From the NCBI GenBank assembly GCA_044222185.1, contig JBGANV010000003.1:608001-672000 (forward strand): a stretch of DNA of 64,000 nucleotides, given 5' to 3'. The position numbers were made by a program, and so were the translations under genes. Below the pieces are notes generated by a model that was not told where the DNA came from, ran no database searches, and saw only the letters and a list, made by a program, of their open reading frames with translations. Of the stretch, positions 59,230 through 64,000 are shown in pieces. The stretch is from Planctomycetota bacterium. GTDB taxonomy: Bacteria > Planctomycetota > GCA-002687715 > CAIWVZ01. Positions within the stretch are counted from its first letter, which is position 1, and each line of letters opens with the position of its first letter.

Positions 59230-62200
59230 ATGACGGACGGCACCATCGACTACTTTCAGGCAGTCGCCGATTGCATCGACGACGACGCACGTTCGGTCGA
59301 GTGCGTCGTCCAAACTCTGCAGGCGTTGCTCAAGGAGGCAGGGGTTGTCGTGCCGGTGGTCGACCCGCTCCTCGAGTTCGCGAGCCTCGGCTGGCTAGGT
59401 CGCGGGTTCAGGAACGCGACGCGGCACGACGCGACGGCAGCCCAGGAAGCGCTTGGTGCGGTTGAGGAAGCGCTCAGGCTCCGGGAGTCGATTCCACGCC
59501 AACGCCAGAGCCCTGTGCCGCCGGAGGCCGGTGGTCTTCACGGTGCCGACGCGAGCGCACCCCAGGCTCAACGCCTGCCGCCACCCGTCAAACGCTCAAC
59601 ATCCTTCTATCTCGGCGCACGGACGATTCTCCAGACACTGCTGCACTCTGACCTGCCGGTTGACCGCAGTTCGCTGTTGCAGAGCTTACACGTTGCCGGC
59701 GTCGCGCTGATGCGACTCGAAACAACCGAGGCGGTTACCGAAGCCATTGCTACCTTTGAGGCCATCATCGAGGCTACCCCAAGAAGGAGGATGTGGCGCC
59801 CGATGTTCTTCGTAAGAGCCGCGGCCTTGGTCAACGTGAGTTGCGCGCTCAACCTTCTCGGCACACATACCGCAAGCCTCAGATCGATCTGCTTCGCATC
59901 CGAGGCCATCGAGGATCTCGACGCATCAGCCCCGGTGAATGACCTCCCCCGGCTCGAACTGCTCGTCCTTGCGCTGCTGAACAAGGGGACGGCGCTCATG
60001 GCGCGGGATGACGCTCCGTCAACGGCACAGGCGATCCGGGTCCTCGAGACGGCGGAGCAGTTCCTGTCATGCGCACGTCAGAAAACCACATCTCCCAGGT
60101 TGCGGCTTGCCCGTGGAATTGCACTGAACAACGTCGCCTTCGCCCTCATCAAGGAAGGATCCGGCGATTCCGTTCGGCGAGCCATCGAGGCGGTCAATCG
60201 CGCGCTTGGCGTCCTATCGGCCGAGGCGGAGCCCCGAACTCATGACACAGTCGTCGCGACCGCCACGGCGCTCGCGACCCGCTGTGGAGCCTTGGTTGCG
60301 CTCGGACCCGAGTTCGGACCTGATTCACTGCATGAAGCCTCGAACGCCGCGGCAGAGAGCATTGCAGTCCTCACGGAAGCCAGGCTCTCGCCGACTGTGC
60401 AGGCACAGTGTGCCCTCGCAAACGGTTGGCGACATAAGGCAGCGGCGCTCATAGCGCGCTGCCGGACTGGTGCCACGAACCTCGCCCAGGAGGCGTACGA
60501 CGCGGCCCAACAGGCCACTACCCTGAGCGCGACGCTCGCTGGTGACTCCGCCCTCACTCTGGAAGTCCTGATCGAGTCGGCTCGCTTGCAGTGCCAGGCG
60601 GCCGAACAACTCGCAGTCTCCGACCCAAGCGACTGCGAACGGTTGGTCGAAGCCATCCACAGGGCGCGCACCGCGCTCGCGTGTGTCCGCGAGGCCGAGC
60701 TTCGCGGCGTGCGGCGCTTCCGCATCGCGGCAGCGCGGCTTCTATCGGCCCTGGGAACGCTTGCCGCCGTGGCAGACCCCGAAGCAGCACTGGCCATGGT
60801 GCTCGACAACATTGACCCGCGGCGAAGTTCGGGTGCGATGCCCGAGACCTGGCAGATTCACGCTGCCGCTGACGAGACCGTCGTGCAAACGCGGAAGCAC
60901 CTCGCCCGACGCGCCGCAGCCAATCAGGACCCCGGAACAGCAAGGCAGATCGAATCTCAACTTGCCGACTCTGCCGATGTCGAAGCTCGGCTCGCCGAGC
61001 TCCGCCAAACGTATTTCGGCGAGGGCGTCGAAAGTACGCGACTGCTCGCGACGCACTACGAGCGGAGTGGCGATCTCGACGCTGCCCGCGAGTGCTGGGA
61101 AGAGATGGTCGCGTTTCATCCGACTGACATCGGCGGGTACATCGGGCTGGCTGAATGGCACGATTGCCACGGTTCTCGGGATCGTGCCCGTGAGTCATTG
61201 CGCAACGCGATCTCGAGGGTTCCGGAGTGCTTCTCACCGCGAAGAGGTTGCGAACGCGCTCAAACGGTAGAGCTCGTGGCTCGCTTGTGCCAGGAACTCA
61301 CCACCATTCACGTCCGAGCCTCGGTCCTTCCCGGACGCTCGCTCGAAGAAATCGATCGGTGTTTCGAGACCGCACGCGCCGAGCTCATCGGTCTCAAAGT
61401 CTGTGAAGGAGATCCTGTCGCCGCCCAGTGTGCCAGGGATGGCATCACGGCTGGGCTCGCGAACGTGGCCGAGCGCCGCAAGGCCTGGTTGCGTGATGTC
61501 GATGCGTCGAACAAGGCTGACCGGCGGTTGTCGGCCGAGCACGCGGTCACGACTTATGGAAACCTGGTCGAACCCGTACTCATGGCGCTGGCGAAGGACA
61601 TCCCACGAACATGGCAATGGGGCGTCGAGACGCTGAGAACCGCGAGGACCGCGCTCGTGCGACGCGTAGCTCAACTTAGGAGTGAAGGACATGACGACGA
61701 CTCCGTGATCGAAATGGCGGCTACCTCGCTCGAGCGCGTGCTCAGCCGGGTTGCTGAGAGCGTTCAGGCAGATGGTGCCGATGACGGCACGAAACAGTTC
61801 ATGGGCCTCGTCGGACCCGAGGTCTTCGAGCACATAGGCGCCGACGCGCGGCGCGAGTTGCTGTTTGCAGAACGGCTCGTCAGCGAACCAGATCTCGCCC
61901 CCTTTCGAGGTGTCGCTTTCGGCCGCACACTCGAGCGTGAGATGCTCGCAACCCTCTTCGAACCTTGTCGCGTGCGAGTTCGTGGGGAACACGAAGCATC
62001 AAGGTCGTGCGCGTTCCCGTTTGACGCGTCACATAGCCTCGAAACCAAGCTCGCGAACTTCTTCGCCGAGGCACATCCTCGTTGCTTGATCACGATCGGT
62101 GACATGGCGAGCTCTTTCGAGCTGGCGATTCTGCGTCAGCAGGATCTTCATCGACCGGCATTTCGAGTCATTCACGAAGAAGTTGTCCGAACTTTTGTGG

Positions 62201-62463
62201 ACCCACCGTCGCTCCTGGGCCTCGAGCACGAGGCCGCACGCATGCAATGCAGCAACCTCAGGTGTGTCGTTGAGCTGCGCAACCTATCCTGCCATGCCCA
62301 CGACCCCATCGCCTCGTCCGACGCCGACCGCGCGCGCGACGCACTGATAGGCCCGACGGGATTTCTTCCACTCTACGTCAAGGCGCGCACGATCCGGCAG
62401 GGTGCGCCCCAAACAACAGGGTCGGGACGTCCAGACCCAAGATCCAAGGAAGCGACGTCTTGA
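59230..62463 (+). CDS. Large TPR-like protein with putative C-terminal HEPN domain
   Basis: Repeated A-L-x-N-x-x-x-A-L helices; C-terminal FGRTLEREM...TIGDM...LRNLSCH (RxxxxH). Confidence 0.6.
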   Translation: MTDGTIDYFQAVADCIDDDARSVECVVQTLQALLKEAGVVVPVVDPLLEFASLGWLGRGFRNATRHDATAAQEALGAVEEALRLRESIPRQRQSPVPPEAGGLHGADASAPQAQRLPPPVKRSTSFYLGARTILQTLLHSDLPVDRSSLLQSLHVAGVALMRLETTEAVTEAIATFEAIIEATPRRRMWRPMFFVRAAALVNVSCALNLLGTHTASLRSICFASEAIEDLDASAPVNDLPRLELLVLALLNKGTALMARDDAPSTAQAIRVLETAEQFLSCARQKTTSPRLRLARGIALNNVAFALIKEGSGDSVRRAIEAVNRALGVLSAEAEPRTHDTVVATATALATRCGALVALGPEFGPDSLHEASNAAAESIAVLTEARLSPTVQAQCALANGWRHKAAALIARCRTGATNLAQEAYDAAQQATTLSATLAGDSALTLEVLIESARLQCQAAEQLAVSDPSDCERLVEAIHRARTALACVREAELRGVRRFRIAAARLLSALGTLAAVADPEAALAMVLDNIDPRRSSGAMPETWQIHAAADETVVQTRKHLARRAAANQDPGTARQIESQLADSADVEARLAELRQTYFGEGVESTRLLATHYERSGDLDAARECWEEMVAFHPTDIGGYIGLAEWHDCHGSRDRARESLRNAISRVPECFSPRRGCERAQTVELVARLCQELTTIHVRASVLPGRSLEEIDRCFETARAELIGLKVCEGDPVAAQCARDGITAGLANVAERRKAWLRDVDASNKADRRLSAEHAVTTYGNLVEPVLMALAKDIPRTWQWGVETLRTARTALVRRVAQLRSEGHDDDSVIEMAATSLERVLSRVAESVQADGADDGTKQFMGLVGPEVFEHIGADARRELLFAERLVSEPDLAPFRGVAFGRTLEREMLATLFEPCRVRVRGEHEASRSCAFPFDASHSLETKLANFFAEAHPRCLITIGDMASSFELAILRQQDLHRPAFRVIHEEVVRTFVDPPSLLGLEHEAARMQCSNLRCVVELRNLSCHAHDPIASSDADRARDALIGPTGFLPLYVKARTIRQGAPQTTGSGRPDPRSKEATS

Positions 62464-62654
62464 GGCGGCACTCCGGAACTGGCCGTCCATAGGAAGGAGC
62501 GCCTGACTCGCGCCGATCGTCACCTCTCGGTTGGCGAGAACGTCTGGCGGCCACTGCAAGTTTCGCGTCCGCGATAGGGGCCGACGACGGCGGAGCGCCG
62601 CTCCCGCCCTGCACTATCCGCTTCAAGGCGCGCGCGACCGTCCTGCCCGGGTCT

Positions 62655-64000
62655 TCAGTCATGGGTCCCGTCCCTCGTGTTCGTGTCACACGGATCCTGC
62701 GCGTGCGCTTGGCGCTTCTGGCCGAGAGGCAGCAGTGGGAACAGGAAGAACACCAGTAAGAAAACGCCGGGCAAGATGTAGAGGAGCCCGTGCTTGACGG
62801 CCTCGACCTCTCCGAAACAGAGATGGACCAGATGCGCCGCATAGAAGCTGATGATGAACCGCTCGAGCCGTGCGACATGGTCTTGCGTCTCGCGAGTCGC
62901 GCGGACGTTGTCGGCCATGTCCCGGCCGATGACGAGTTGCGTGTGGGCCAGAGCCTTCGTCTGCTCGAGGAGTGCCACCTGCCGAGTCGCCGCCTCGGCC
63001 GTCGCCCGACTGATCTCGGTCTGCCGCTGGTTCGTCCAACGTGCTTCGAAATCGGCCAGAGCGGCACGCGTGTCCGCCGCAACGGCACGGACGTCCAGCC
63101 CCTTCTGGCATGCTCGGAGATACCGGTGCAGCACGTTCCGCGTGCTGACACGATCGAAGTGACCATGCACCGACAGGTTGAGCAGGTCACCACGAAGCCG
63201 TAGCAACTCGCTCGCATTCGTATCGATGCCGGCGCCATGGCGATGGACGTCCTGAAGAATTCGACGCAGGACCAAGCTCTCGAGCTGAGTCACGAGCCAG
63301 GGCGAGAAGTACTTGATGAACCCACGAAGCGGGCGTTCGGCGTTGAAACTCGATTTCGATGCTCCTGCAACCACCGCGGGGTCATTGAACTCGGACTCGC
63401 GCTGATCAGTCATGATGTGCGCGGCGCCAAGAAGAGACACCGCGGCGGCATGCACGCGCGACAGCAACGCCACACGAACCGGAGCCTGAGCGTGGGACGC
63501 ACCGGGATGCGTGGCCTCCTCGATCTGTGCCAGCTTGAAGAGGGCCGCCTCGATGCCCGCGTCGGCGATGTCGCCGCTGTCACCCGCCGAGGCGCGCGCG
63601 ACGGCCACCGTGTAGACGGACAACTGCTCTTGCGTTCGTTCGAAGCGCAGCTCCGGAATGGCCCTGAGCGGCTTCGTCAAGGCGTCGATGATCTCCTTGA
63701 GATAAAACAACGAGCCAGGCTTTGCGGCGCACTGCAAGGGGTAGAGAGCGGGTGCTGTCCTCAGGCGGTCGCCGAGGCGCAATTCCGTTGCCTGCGAGAC
63801 TGAGAGAGTTCTGATCGCGCCGTGCTTGCGATCGGCGAGGCGCGAGAGCAGGTAGTTCGCCTGCACGCCGGCACTCGCTCGGAGCCCAAGGTCGATCTCC
63901 GTCTCGTTGGTCGGGGGCGCCGATCTGATGCACAGGTTGACACAAACGAGCCCGACGCCCTGATCCAGGAGAAAGACCTCCGCGAAGGGCAGCTTGCCGC
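62655..64000 (-). CDS. Second CorA-like membrane protein (5' end beyond the window)
   Basis: Frame open to the window edge (EVFLLDQGVGLVCVNL); stalk helix; two C-terminal hydrophobic helices. Confidence 0.55.
   Translation of the reverse strand, partial: GKLPFAEVFLLDQGVGLVCVNLCIRSAPPTNETEIDLGLRASAGVQANYLLSRLADRKHGAIRTLSVSQATELRLGDRLRTAPALYPLQCAAKPGSLFYLKEIIDALTKPLRAIPELRFERTQEQLSVYTVAVARASAGDSGDIADAGIEAALFKLAQIEEATHPGASHAQAPVRVALLSRVHAAAVSLLGAAHIMTDQRESEFNDPAVVAGASKSSFNAERPLRGFIKYFSPWLVTQLESLVLRRILQDVHRHGAGIDTNASELLRLRGDLLNLSVHGHFDRVSTRNVLHRYLRACQKGLDVRAVAADTRAALADFEARWTNQRQTEISRATAEAATRQVALLEQTKALAHTQLVIGRDMADNVRATRETQDHVARLERFIISFYAAHLVHLCFGEVEAVKHGLLYILPGVFLLVFFLFPLLPLGQKRQAHAQDPCDTNTRDGTHD

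Noticed and set aside
62378-63238. 286-aa minus-strand ORF overlapping the second CorA-like gene
   Set aside because: Alternative frame of a better-supported gene, with no motif support.
1-64000. tRNA or rRNA genes, integrase or att sites at the island boundary
   Set aside because: None recognised by eye; a tRNAscan/Infernal run would be needed to exclude them.

Overview
GC-rich bacterial window, probably Planctomycetota-like (inferred from the secreted-protein C-termini and the Ser/Thr kinase). Left half (1-32.1 kb) looks like core genome: Ser/Thr kinase, two tandem paralogous secreted trypsin-like/IPT-TIG proteins, a TIR-ROK fusion, a GMC/VOC/GH63/glycogen-debranching cluster, hydrolase, S8 peptidase, aquaporin, ABC exporter, PrsW and hutI. 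Right half is a defence island starting at an IS4 element that cuts the trailer end of a CRISPR array (36-bp repeat, 12 spacers). A type III-Dv-like cas operon follows on the minus strand (CARF-HEPN, HD-less Cas10, Cas7-Cas5-Cas11, Cas7-Cas7, Csx19, Cas7-insertion, Cas6-RT-Cas1, Cas2). Two features stand out. (1) Almost every spacer is a translation-initiation region (Shine-Dalgarno plus start codon), all oriented so the crRNA would be antisense to mRNA starts. (2) A divergent accessory block encodes a putative sigma factor, a putative anti-sigma, a Lon-type protease with no visible nucleotide sensor, a dedicated ClpX paralogue, two CorA-like membrane proteins, a DUF4258 toxin and a TPR-HEPN protein. 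All calls come from motif reading only; no searches were run.
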